29,053 nt of DNA from a virus (Duplodnaviria; Caudoviricetes), in IMG/VR virus record IMGVR_UViG_3300007963_000032, positions 1 through 29,053 of that record; one strand, given 5' to 3'. The notes below the pieces were generated by a model. The model was not told where the DNA came from. It did no database searches and was given only the letters and a program-made list of their open reading frames with translations. Made by a program: the position numbers and the translations under genes. The first letter of the stretch is position 1. The number at the start of each line of letters is the position of its first letter. Of this stretch, positions 1-7,726 are shown piece by piece.

Positions 1-195
1 GAGTTAGTTCCTGAACACTTAGTAGAAACAAGAAGGTTCTGTAATGATTGTGTTCAGGTTATGTGGAAAGAACAGTATAAACGTAGAATACTATCCCCCC
101 AACTCAAGAAAACTAAACTTCCTCCTAGTAAGAGGGAGTCATTAGAACTTCCACTTACTAGTAGATTCAAACCATTAATAAAATACATGAGGTGA
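1..195 (+). CDS. 3' end of a hypothetical protein (partial, contains CNDC)
   Basis: Frame 1 open from position 1 to TGA 193-195 (ELVPEHLVETRRFCNDC...KYMR*). The stop overlaps the GAGGTGA SD of the next ORF. Confidence 0.6.
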   Translation, partial: ELVPEHLVETRRFCNDCVQVMWKEQYKRRILSPQLKKTKLPPSKRESLELPLTSRFKPLIKYMR

Positions 196-200
196 AAAAA

Positions 201-302
201 ATGGATAGAGAAAGAAGAGAAAACATGGTTCTGTTAATGCAATTAATGCAGAGAAATAGTAAACATGACACAGAAAGATTAGCGCGAATGGAGGAAGAAT
301 GA
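201..302 (+). CDS. 33-aa microprotein
   Basis: MDRERRENMVLLMQLMQRNSKHDTERLARMEEE*. GAGGTGA SD at 189-195 and ATGA overlap with the thioredoxin gene. Confidence 0.6.
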   Translation: MDRERRENMVLLMQLMQRNSKHDTERLARMEEE

Positions 303-532
303 TGAGTTTGACAATTTTTACGGCTACATGGTGTGGGCCATGTAAACAAATAAAAACATGGTTAGAATCTAATGGTGATTTGGATAAGTTTCATTTTGTA
401 GATATTGATAACCCTGATGGAACTATTCCTCTAGGGGTTAAAAGTGTTCCAACTCTAATTGACACAGAACATGAGAAGATTATTTCAGGTGCTAATTCGA
501 TTATTGATTATTTGAAAGACAGTAGGTTATGA
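299..532 (+). CDS. Thioredoxin/glutaredoxin-like protein
   Basis: WCGPC active site, later SVPT cis-Pro motif, 77 aa. Confidence 0.9.
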   Translation: MMSLTIFTATWCGPCKQIKTWLESNGDLDKFHFVDIDNPDGTIPLGVKSVPTLIDTEHEKIISGANSIIDYLKDSRL

Positions 533-568
533 AAATGAAATGCGATATGTGTAATGGAGAGATGAAGA

Positions 569-811
569 ATGAGTAAAGAAGAAGAGAAAATAGAAGATAT
601 TGATGAAGGAATGGTAGATGAAATGATTAACGTAATATCAACTGATGGCTATTACGAACAGGCAGAGATAGTGAAAGTAACATGTCCTGCCTGTGGTGAA
701 GAGTTCTTAGGAACAAAGAGACATGCAGGTGGATTTATTGCAGGACATCAAGCCTATCATGAATTTATCAACAAGCAGGATTTAATCATAGATAATTTGG
801 GGGGAGCATGA
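569..811 (+). CDS. C2H2-like zinc-finger protein
   Basis: CPACG...HQAYH pattern, acidic N-terminus, ATGA overlap with the next gene. Confidence 0.7.
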   Translation: MSKEEEKIEDIDEGMVDEMINVISTDGYYEQAEIVKVTCPACGEEFLGTKRHAGGFIAGHQAYHEFINKQDLIIDNLGGA

Positions 812-1011
812 TGAGTGAATGTATGGGTTGTGAAGCAGTTGGTCAATACGGCCACGAGGTTCTACTAGACGACTACGGTTACAAACTCGCCTACATCTGT
901 GTTGATAATGGCTACAAGTATGACACTTGGAGAGGGGTTGATTCCTCTATCACGCTGAGATGTGAGTATGACTGTTCCGAGTGCGGTGAGATATACGAGG
1001 TGGTAGGATGA
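808..1011 (+). CDS. Zn-ribbon microprotein
   Basis: CMGC ... CSECG. Coupled by ATGA overlaps on both sides. Confidence 0.7.
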   Translation: MMSECMGCEAVGQYGHEVLLDDYGYKLAYICVDNGYKYDTWRGVDSSITLRCEYDCSECGEIYEVVG

Positions 1012-1106
1012 GTAAGGATGAATGCCTGAAAGAAAAATTCGCTCACGCAAGAATTACAGTATTATGCAGTTGTAGCAAATGCGAAAATAAGAAGGTGGAC
1101 ATATGA
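1008..1106 (+). CDS. 32-aa Cys-rich microprotein
   Basis: MSKDECLKEKFAHARITVLCSCSKCENKKVDI*. ATGA overlaps at both ends. Confidence 0.6.
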   Translation: MSKDECLKEKFAHARITVLCSCSKCENKKVDI

Positions 1107-1246
1107 GTAGAATGGGAAGAAGATTTCAAGAAGTGCGTGATTCGTATGAACAAGCACTATTGGATGGAACGATAAATGAGCATTTGACGTTCTCTGATTG
1201 GCTACAATTGGAAAGAGCGTCTAGTAAAATTAAGGAGGAAGAGTAA
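1103..1246 (+). CDS. 47-aa microprotein
   Basis: MSRMGRRFQEVRDSYEQALLDGTINEHLTFSDWLQLERASSKIKEEE*. Its TAA abuts the ATG at 1247. Confidence 0.65.
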   Translation: MSRMGRRFQEVRDSYEQALLDGTINEHLTFSDWLQLERASSKIKEEE

Positions 1247-1816
1247 ATGGGAGCAGGAAAACGAGGGTATGATTTACCCTATGAAGAAAATAATGGAGAT
1301 GAAAAAATGAATGAAGAAATAGAAATAACAGAAACGATGGAAGATTTTGATTGGAAAGGACATATACGAGATGTGTTTGGAGATGTAAGAGATGATATAG
1401 AATTCCTATATCCAAATAACTCAACAGAGATATTTCTAACATCAATATGGAAGATGTCTCTCGATGCGTTAAAGGGAATGGAAGTGCAGGTTATTGTTGA
1501 TAACAAGGATGACTTGTATATCAGTAGTGGCAACCCATCCTTTGTGTCCTTTGAAGGGCATGAAGATGAGTTGGTTAATGGCTCTGCAATGCAAATTCCG
1601 ATTAAGTGTTGGATACACACCCACCCATTTGGACATGCATATTTCAGTGGAACGGATTGGAAGACCATAAACACATGGAAGCCTATCCTAAAGTCTGCAA
1701 TTGTGTTGGGAGATAACCAATACCTTGCATTCAACCCTGAGACTATACTAGCCAAGAAGGTGTTTTATGGATTACTTGAACAAGAAACAACGTATACTGG
1801 AAGTGAAGAGGAATGA
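1247..1816 (+). CDS. JAB/MPN+ (JAMM) domain metalloprotease
   Basis: HTHPFGHAYFSGTD matches HxH-x7-S-x2-D, with a candidate upstream catalytic Glu (GMEVQVIVD). The start may be the second Met (1307), after GGAGATGA. Confidence 0.8.
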   Translation: MGAGKRGYDLPYEENNGDEKMNEEIEITETMEDFDWKGHIRDVFGDVRDDIEFLYPNNSTEIFLTSIWKMSLDALKGMEVQVIVDNKDDLYISSGNPSFVSFEGHEDELVNGSAMQIPIKCWIHTHPFGHAYFSGTDWKTINTWKPILKSAIVLGDNQYLAFNPETILAKKVFYGLLEQETTYTGSEEE

Positions 1817-2032
1817 GACGCAGACACTCCACAACTATATCTGATAGAGCAACACTGAGAAATGCAATACAATATCTAAAAATTATCGAAGATATGCAAA
1901 AGACCAACCCTGATTGGTATATGAAGGAATTTAGAAAGCATGAAGATTGGAGTATAGGATTAACACACACTATTTCTGAAGCAGAAAAGTGGGCAGGTTC
2001 TGAGTATTTTGTTGGTGGTGAAGAGGAATGAG
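1803..2032 (+). repeat. 15-bp exact direct repeat GTGAAGAGGAATGAG flanking ORF 1813..2031
   Basis: Copies at 1803-1817 and 2018-2032, each spanning SD, stop and start of a gene junction. Confidence 0.85.
1813..2031 (+). CDS. Hypothetical protein
   Basis: 72-aa ORF with ATGA overlaps on both sides. Confidence 0.7.
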   Translation: MRRRHSTTISDRATLRNAIQYLKIIEDMQKTNPDWYMKEFRKHEDWSIGLTHTISEAEKWAGSEYFVGGEEE

Positions 2033-2273
2033 TTTTCACCCGCGAGTAATTAAACTCCCGACTAAATCGGGACTGACTACACTCAAGGTGAGCGACATTA
2101 GTGCGCTATGTGTTAATGAGGTTCAGCGAGGTATGTTGAAGAAGAATACATTTGATGTAGATATTCATATGGTTAGTGGTAGTATTTTTACTGCTACATT
2201 TGAAGAAGCGGATTTACTTACCTTTCAAGAGGCAGTATTCCCAACAGTAAAGGAGAATGAAGAAAATGAATAA
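2028..2273 (+). CDS. Hypothetical protein (small beta-rich fold)
   Basis: 81-aa ORF within the coupled chain. Confidence 0.7.
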   Translation: MSFHPRVIKLPTKSGLTTLKVSDISALCVNEVQRGMLKKNTFDVDIHMVSGSIFTATFEEADLLTFQEAVFPTVKENEENE

Positions 2274-2613
2274 GAATAAACAATTAGTAGAAGAAGCAAC
2301 TGACCTTGCTAAAGGTGTGAAACTCTTAGTAAAGGATTTGAAAGAGATGACTGATTTAGTTTGCCACATGAGAAAGATGCTAGAAACCTGTATGGTTGAG
2401 AAGAATGGTATCTATGAAATGGTTGACTATGATAGTAAGAAACTAGTCAGAGCATTTGAAATTATGATGGAAGTTCAGCATGAAAAAGACCTTTTGAGGG
2501 AACTAAAGCGACAAGGAAAGACTGAAAACCTACACGTAGAGGGCGAACCATATGTCTATGATGTGCAGGATACACCATCAATAGATGATTTTTATGGAGA
2601 TGAAGAAGTATGA
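2257..2613 (+). CDS. Hypothetical helical protein
   Basis: 118-aa ORF. The start may be 2266. Confidence 0.7.
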   Translation: MKKMNKNKQLVEEATDLAKGVKLLVKDLKEMTDLVCHMRKMLETCMVEKNGIYEMVDYDSKKLVRAFEIMMEVQHEKDLLRELKRQGKTENLHVEGEPYVYDVQDTPSIDDFYGDEEV

Positions 2614-2864
2614 GTGAAGACAAAATAAAGGAATTAGAAGACAGAATCGCTGAATTAGAGCGCATGTGTGTAGACCCCGAAAAAGGAGATGTGCAGGATA
2701 GGCTTCTATCCTTAGAATGTGACTTAGATAAGTTTCTGATACGTTCAGAAAATATCGGACAACTACTTGGAATGATACGAGACACAGCACAATATGTGGC
2801 CGATAAGGAAGGGGTCGCTCTATACACTGTTGCTGATACCACACTAAGGAGGATGGAAGCATGA
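2610..2864 (+). CDS. Hypothetical coiled-coil protein
   Basis: KIKELEDRIAELE heptads and ATGA overlaps. Confidence 0.7.
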   Translation: MSEDKIKELEDRIAELERMCVDPEKGDVQDRLLSLECDLDKFLIRSENIGQLLGMIRDTAQYVADKEGVALYTVADTTLRRMEA

Positions 2865-3310
2865 ACTACACGAAAATACTAGCACTACTAATGATGACAA
2901 CGCTACTAACTGGATGCACCCTACCTTCACCTGAAGAGGTGTATGGTTCTGAGGAAGAAGCACCAAAGGATTGGATTACTGTTAGTGGTTCATTCACATA
3001 TCTAATCAATGATGTAAATAACTCAACACAGGAAACCGTTTGGGTAGATGTCAATACCACACATGGTATGATTGAGTTAGACTATTTTCACTACAATGTA
3101 ACACATCTTAGTTTCGACATAGTGAATAACTCTGTATTGTTTAACAACTATTCGTTTTACATTACAGGACACTTAGACCAAGATGGCCTCCTTTGGAATA
3201 CAGGATACGCACCACAGTTTGGCAATGCCACACTTATGTTTGCTACATTTCCATTTGACGTAACCGTTGAATATGAAATGAAGTATCGTGTATGGAATGG
3301 TCGAGAATGA
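2861..3310 (+). CDS. Predicted lipoprotein
   Basis: Signal peptide MNYTKILALLMMTTLLTG-C with an LTGC lipobox, then a beta-rich domain with several NxS/T sequons. Confidence 0.7.
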   Translation: MNYTKILALLMMTTLLTGCTLPSPEEVYGSEEEAPKDWITVSGSFTYLINDVNNSTQETVWVDVNTTHGMIELDYFHYNVTHLSFDIVNNSVLFNNYSFYITGHLDQDGLLWNTGYAPQFGNATLMFATFPFDVTVEYEMKYRVWNGRE

Positions 3311-3708
3311 AAAAGAAAGCAGTAACTGTCCAGTTTCCAACTCCACTACCTGCGGAGATTCCCTGTCCTATTTGTGAAGGGAATAAATGTAAGGTATGTG
3401 AAAAGAGTGGTAAAATAAAATTGGTGGTTGACGCTAAAGTGCCTATTCAAAAGGCATTGATTGTGAAGTATGTGGCTAACAATATCAGTTCAATCAGTTC
3501 TGACTTGTCTAAGCATTACGGCTTAGTGCCGGAGATAGAGACAATGGAAGTGTTTGAGCATCCTGAGAATAGAACATATGAGATAATCAAAGTTAGCAGT
3601 CTAGGTGGAGTAGTGTATATTGCATCTAGAGTAGATGATGTTGAGGGCATACGAACCTTCACTTCGCTAAAGGAATTGAATAGATTTAAGGAAGGTTGGT
3701 ATGCATGA
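3307..3708 (+). CDS. Zn-finger protein (DnaJ-like CxxCxG knuckles)
   Basis: CPICEGNKCKVCEKSG. Start placed at the ATGA overlap (3307). Confidence 0.65.
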   Translation: MKKKAVTVQFPTPLPAEIPCPICEGNKCKVCEKSGKIKLVVDAKVPIQKALIVKYVANNISSISSDLSKHYGLVPEIETMEVFEHPENRTYEIIKVSSLGGVVYIASRVDDVEGIRTFTSLKELNRFKEGWYA

Positions 3709-3935
3709 GTGATGATTTTGAAACAATAGCAAGAATACCTAGAAACGCTACATCGGAGATGTTAGTGAAAGCAGGAACATACTGGAAGAAAGATGTCGTA
3801 GACATTAGATGGTATAGTGATGGTAAGCCCACTAGAAAGGGCATAAGAATAAATATGGAAGAGTTAGACACGTTAGTAAAGGCGTTAGTCAAAATAAACA
3901 ATAAGAATAAGGTGAGTAAGGATGAGTCTAATTAG
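3705..3935 (+). CDS. PC4/Sub1-like ssDNA-binding protein
   Basis: VDIRWY...KPTRKGIRI matches the PC4 signature (VDIRxY...PTKKGISL). Start at the ATGA overlap. Confidence 0.75.
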   Translation: MSDDFETIARIPRNATSEMLVKAGTYWKKDVVDIRWYSDGKPTRKGIRINMEELDTLVKALVKINNKNKVSKDESN

Positions 3936-5472
3936 ATTTGCAAGAATGTGTGAAGCAATAGAACAGCAGGATAGAACAACTGATAAAATTACAATAATAG
4001 ATGAGTCATTGAGTTCATTCTCTGACCCTCAACTTGTTTTAGATATTCTATCATTGAACATAGACAAGAATAACATCGGTAACAAAAGAGCCGTAACTTG
4101 GTTAGCCAATTCTTTGCAGATGTTTGAGGATGAAGTAAACACTCAAGCAGATATTTGGGGTGATTTAGGCGAAGGACTCAAGATGTTCTTAGAGGATGAA
4201 TGGAATGAGGATTCTAATTTAACAATCAGGAATCTATATTCTATTCTAACATTGGATTGTTCTTCTATCAACAGTAACTCATACACAACAATTAGTGAGT
4301 CACTAAATGAAATGTCTGCATTAGAGGTTAAGTGGTTTATCCGCTATTGGCTTAGGCATCCGAGAAACGGTATTGGAACTAAAGCAATGGCTAGAGTATT
4401 GAAGAGGAGGTTTCCAACTGAGGAAATTGATTCATACCTAAAGATACATTCCGCCTCTGAGGTGTTTAGGTATCTTTCAAATGGAAATACCCCACCTACA
4501 ATAACAGGGGTTGGAAAATATATCCCATGTTCTCTTGCTAAGAAATACAAATCTCCGTATAAGACACCTGCTAGTTACATTATTGATTTCAAATATGATG
4601 GTAATAGGTATCAGATACACAGAGAAAGAGACAGTGTAATTATATTCAACCGTAAAGGTAAGGTCGTAACAAGACAGTATCCTGATGTTGTTGAATTAGT
4701 TAAAACATTCAACGCAAGCACTTTCATCTTAGACACTGAAATATATCCAGTGGAAAGAGAGGGGTCTAATGTTCCTGCGGAGCATAAGAAATTAGCAACA
4801 AGAGTTCATTCTAAGGACACTGAAAGTGCAGTTCACGATTGTCCAGTTCACCTTGTTATCTTTGACATATTGTTTTACATGGGAACTAATTTAGTAGAGA
4901 ATCCATATAGAGAACGATTGATGCACATGCCGGATTTCCCTTCGTGGAATAGAGCAGACTCATACACTGATGGTGATATTGAAAAAGCATACAATATGGC
5001 GATTAACGAGGGCTTTGAAGGAGTTATGATTAAAGATTTAGAAGCCCCGTATAACGCAGGTAAAAGAACTAACTCTATGATGAAACATAAGCCACCTAGA
5101 ATTGATTTAGACGTTGTAATTACGTCTGCCAAATATGGTGATGGAAAGAGAAGGAATGTGTTTGGTTCATTTGGAATCTCTGTGAAGGATGATTCTACCC
5201 CTACTGGTTTTACACCAATAGGTTCGGTTGGCACTGGATTATCAGAAGGTGATTTAGTGTATCTAACAACTGAGTTGAAGAAGATAGTGGAGAAATATGA
5301 CGCTGAAACCTTCCATGTGTTACCTAGAATAGTTCTAGAGATTACATGTGATTTGATTTCTAGAGATTCAGACGGCAATTATGGACTTCGTTTTCCAAGA
5401 GTGCTTAGAATCAGACAGGATAAATACGCTAAGGAGTGTAACTCCATGTTAGACGTTCAGATGATAGCATAG
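3922..5472 (+). CDS. lig: ATP-dependent DNA ligase
   Basis: Motif I KYDGNR, III ILDTE, IIIa IFDIL, IV EGVMIK, V MKHK, VI LRFPR, plus an N-terminal DNA-binding domain. Confidence 0.95.
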   Translation: MSLIRFARMCEAIEQQDRTTDKITIIDESLSSFSDPQLVLDILSLNIDKNNIGNKRAVTWLANSLQMFEDEVNTQADIWGDLGEGLKMFLEDEWNEDSNLTIRNLYSILTLDCSSINSNSYTTISESLNEMSALEVKWFIRYWLRHPRNGIGTKAMARVLKRRFPTEEIDSYLKIHSASEVFRYLSNGNTPPTITGVGKYIPCSLAKKYKSPYKTPASYIIDFKYDGNRYQIHRERDSVIIFNRKGKVVTRQYPDVVELVKTFNASTFILDTEIYPVEREGSNVPAEHKKLATRVHSKDTESAVHDCPVHLVIFDILFYMGTNLVENPYRERLMHMPDFPSWNRADSYTDGDIEKAYNMAINEGFEGVMIKDLEAPYNAGKRTNSMMKHKPPRIDLDVVITSAKYGDGKRRNVFGSFGISVKDDSTPTGFTPIGSVGTGLSEGDLVYLTTELKKIVEKYDAETFHVLPRIVLEITCDLISRDSDGNYGLRFPRVLRIRQDKYAKECNSMLDVQMIA

Positions 5473-5473
5473 G

Positions 5474-5490
5474 GTAAACCTTTATGTGCC
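5474..5490 (+). promoter_or_regulatory. Possible archaeal BRE/TATA promoter
   Basis: GTAAACC-TTTATGTG in one of the few spacers. TTTATG (5481-5486) lies 30 to 25 nt before ATG 5511, consistent with a leaderless transcript. Confidence 0.35.
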
Positions 5491-5510
5491 TATAATTACG
5501 GGAGATAAAC

Positions 5511-5960
5511 ATGTGGAACTTGACTTCTGTTGTTGGTCTTAACAAGGACATAATTACAGGGGTTTGTGCTATTCTTGCAAAGCCTGTATCTGTGGTAAAC
5601 AAAGACAAGAACCATGACTTGGGCTACAAGGTGAAACTATCCATTGTGATAAGAGGAGACATGTTCCTCTTGCAAAAGATACAACGGGTCTTCATGCAGA
5701 ATGGGATATATTCAACTATCAAAGACGTTGAATCAAAAGTTAGGCCAAGACCCATATTGAGGATAGGTAGATTAGAACACATACGCAATTTCGTAGAAGC
5801 CTATATTCCTGACGCACATGACTCTTTGCTAACAATTGGTAGTGAAGAAAGTAAGGATAGTTGGATGCGGTTTCTAGTGATACTTTCGATAGTAGAAAAT
5901 AAGAGACATAGAACTGCAAAGGGATTAGATGAAATCCTCAGAATGAAGGGGGTTCTCTAA
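5511..5960 (+). CDS. Degenerate single-motif LAGLIDADG endonuclease-like protein
   Basis: KNHDLGYKVKLSIVI...DMFLLQKIQRVF...NKRHRTAKGLDEILRMK parallels I-CreI-type families (K.HLT.EGL..I..K). The LAGLIDADG helix reads ITGVCAILAK and lacks the catalytic acid. Confidence 0.6.
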   Translation: MWNLTSVVGLNKDIITGVCAILAKPVSVVNKDKNHDLGYKVKLSIVIRGDMFLLQKIQRVFMQNGIYSTIKDVESKVRPRPILRIGRLEHIRNFVEAYIPDAHDSLLTIGSEESKDSWMRFLVILSIVENKRHRTAKGLDEILRMKGVL

Positions 5961-6296
5961 ATGCTATGTGGTCGTTGCAATAGAAGAGAAGGGGATAGTA
6001 ACTACGAGACGCTATGTTCTATTTGTGCAATGGAAGTGATGAGGGCTAACCTATCAAAATCTCCTGCTCTCGCATTAGCACTTACTGATGATGAGGTTAT
6101 CAAGAACCATTTGATTAGATTACTAATGGATGGTTGTAGAGAATGTGGAGATAAGCACTTTGGTTTTGAGGTCGGAGTGCAGGAAGAAGAACAACTCAAA
6201 TGGTATGTAGCAAACATACAATGTGGAAATTGCCACAGTAGTTACAGAGAAATAATGGAAGTGAGAATGAATGAGCCTAATACAGACGGCGAATAA
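5961..6296 (+). CDS. Double Zn-finger protein
   Basis: CGRC/CSIC and CREC/CGNC pairs. Confidence 0.7.
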   Translation: MLCGRCNRREGDSNYETLCSICAMEVMRANLSKSPALALALTDDEVIKNHLIRLLMDGCRECGDKHFGFEVGVQEEEQLKWYVANIQCGNCHSSYREIMEVRMNEPNTDGE

Positions 6297-7122
6297 ACAT
6301 ATGAATAACAAACCAATGATAATAGTAGGGAACACACTAATGGATAAGATGGACAAAGCACTGTCCTTAGTATCAGATAACCCTATTATCATGTATGCTA
6401 ATGAATATGACATTACTGATAATTATAGCATCCCCATAGAGAGGGGAATAATTATTGATGAAGTGCATTACAAACCTAAAACTGATTTGATAAAGAAAAC
6501 CATGTTAGAGTATGGTGGTCAGGTTATTCTCATTTCGGATAATCAGAAATCAGTGCCGAAGGTTATATTCTCTTTATGCAAACTAAAGAGAGCAGGTAAG
6601 AAGATAGAGCAAGAGATGATTTCACCTAGAGCAGTAGAACCTAAGAACTACGAGATTGATATATTCCCTATGATTAGTGAGTATTTGAAAAACCCAAACA
6701 GGGATGAAGTAGCAACTATGTTGAAAATATCAAAGCCAAGTGATATTCATTTCTTATCATGGTTAGTTCCAAACATTCATCCTAACAGGTTGTCTTTTGT
6801 GGATAACTCTGTTAAGAGAAGGTGGCCTATCTCATACTTCTATGAGTTATTGTCCTATGCACATACTGGTAGGATGAGTCGTAAGATGAAGTTACCAACA
6901 AAAGGGGCTTATTCCAAACTACCTAGTATTGCTAGGAGATTGGGGCTAAAGGCTCATGAGTCATATTTACTAGATGACTTACTAAAGAATGAACAATTCA
7001 AAACATTCGCTAAAACAAGATTAAACAATGGCGAGTGTAGGCTTCTCAATTTAGGAGAGAAGAAACGTAGAAAGAAAACAGATGTAATTATCCCACAACA
7101 AGGATTAGCGGAGTGGTTTTGA
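6271..7122 (+). CDS. rfcL: Degenerate clamp loader large subunit (RFC-L-like, eroded Walker A)
   Basis: KPMIIVGNTLMDKMDKA at the Walker A position, Walker B IIIDEV, C-terminal PIP box QQGLAEWF. Lies near rfcS. Confidence 0.6.
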   Translation: MSLIQTANKHMNNKPMIIVGNTLMDKMDKALSLVSDNPIIMYANEYDITDNYSIPIERGIIIDEVHYKPKTDLIKKTMLEYGGQVILISDNQKSVPKVIFSLCKLKRAGKKIEQEMISPRAVEPKNYEIDIFPMISEYLKNPNRDEVATMLKISKPSDIHFLSWLVPNIHPNRLSFVDNSVKRRWPISYFYELLSYAHTGRMSRKMKLPTKGAYSKLPSIARRLGLKAHESYLLDDLLKNEQFKTFAKTRLNNGECRLLNLGEKKRRKKTDVIIPQQGLAEWF

Positions 7123-7419
7123 ATGAGTATTGAAAAGAAATGTGTGCAATGTGGAGAACTTGTGCCATATTATGGGCGCGGAAGACCAAGAATTAGACAC
7201 GATTCTTGTATGACTAAAAGGCAAATAAGACAAAGGGAATACATAAGAGAGTATTTTAGTGTGCGCTACAAGACATCTGAATTTCGTGATAAAATACGTG
7301 CATCTAATCGTAAGTATAGAGAGAATAAACGCAGTGAAAGACCTCGTAAAGAATTATCTCATGATGAAGAAATGGAGTTATTTCACATGCATATGCGTGA
7401 CTTACAGGGGGAGGAATAG
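7123..7419 (+). CDS. Zn-binding basic protein
   Basis: CVQCG...HDSC followed by an Arg-rich helix. Confidence 0.65.
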   Translation: MSIEKKCVQCGELVPYYGRGRPRIRHDSCMTKRQIRQREYIREYFSVRYKTSEFRDKIRASNRKYRENKRSERPRKELSHDEEMELFHMHMRDLQGEE

Positions 7420-7614
7420 ATGCCAAAATATAGTGTTCATATACGAAATGAAAATGTAAAGAAGTGGGAGGCTCTCACTGAAAGAAGTGCATGGATTAAC
7501 AATATCTTATCATCGTGGTCTATACAAGACCTTGAGAAACTAAAGAAGGAAAACTCCTATTCAAAACTTGAAAGAAGAGTGGCTAAGTTAGAGAGGAGGA
7601 ATAAAAATGATTAA
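7420..7614 (+). CDS. Small protein, possible ribbon-helix-helix regulator with coiled-coil tail
   Basis: Alternating N-terminal strand KYSVHI, a helix, RSAWINNIL, then LERRVAKLE. Confidence 0.45.
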   Translation: MPKYSVHIRNENVKKWEALTERSAWINNILSSWSIQDLEKLKKENSYSKLERRVAKLERRNKND

Positions 7615-7726
7615 TAAAATGGAAATGGTATGTGGTTCATGTTTACATGTGTTACCACATCACTACACTAAGAGAAGAAACTTAGTTTGTTCACGATGTG
7701 GACATGTAAAGAAGGTGAATGAATGA
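7607..7726 (+). CDS. 39-aa Zn-ribbon microprotein
   Basis: MINKMEMVCGSCLHVLPHHYTKRRNLVCSRCGHVKKVNE*. GGAGG SD and ATGA overlap with rfcS. Confidence 0.7.
   Translation: MINKMEMVCGSCLHVLPHHYTKRRNLVCSRCGHVKKVNE

Noticed and set aside
529-576. 15-aa ORF MKMKCDMCNGEMKNE
   Set aside because: Coupled by ATGA and carries one CxxC, but is too short to support. Possibly a remnant of a deleted Zn-finger gene.
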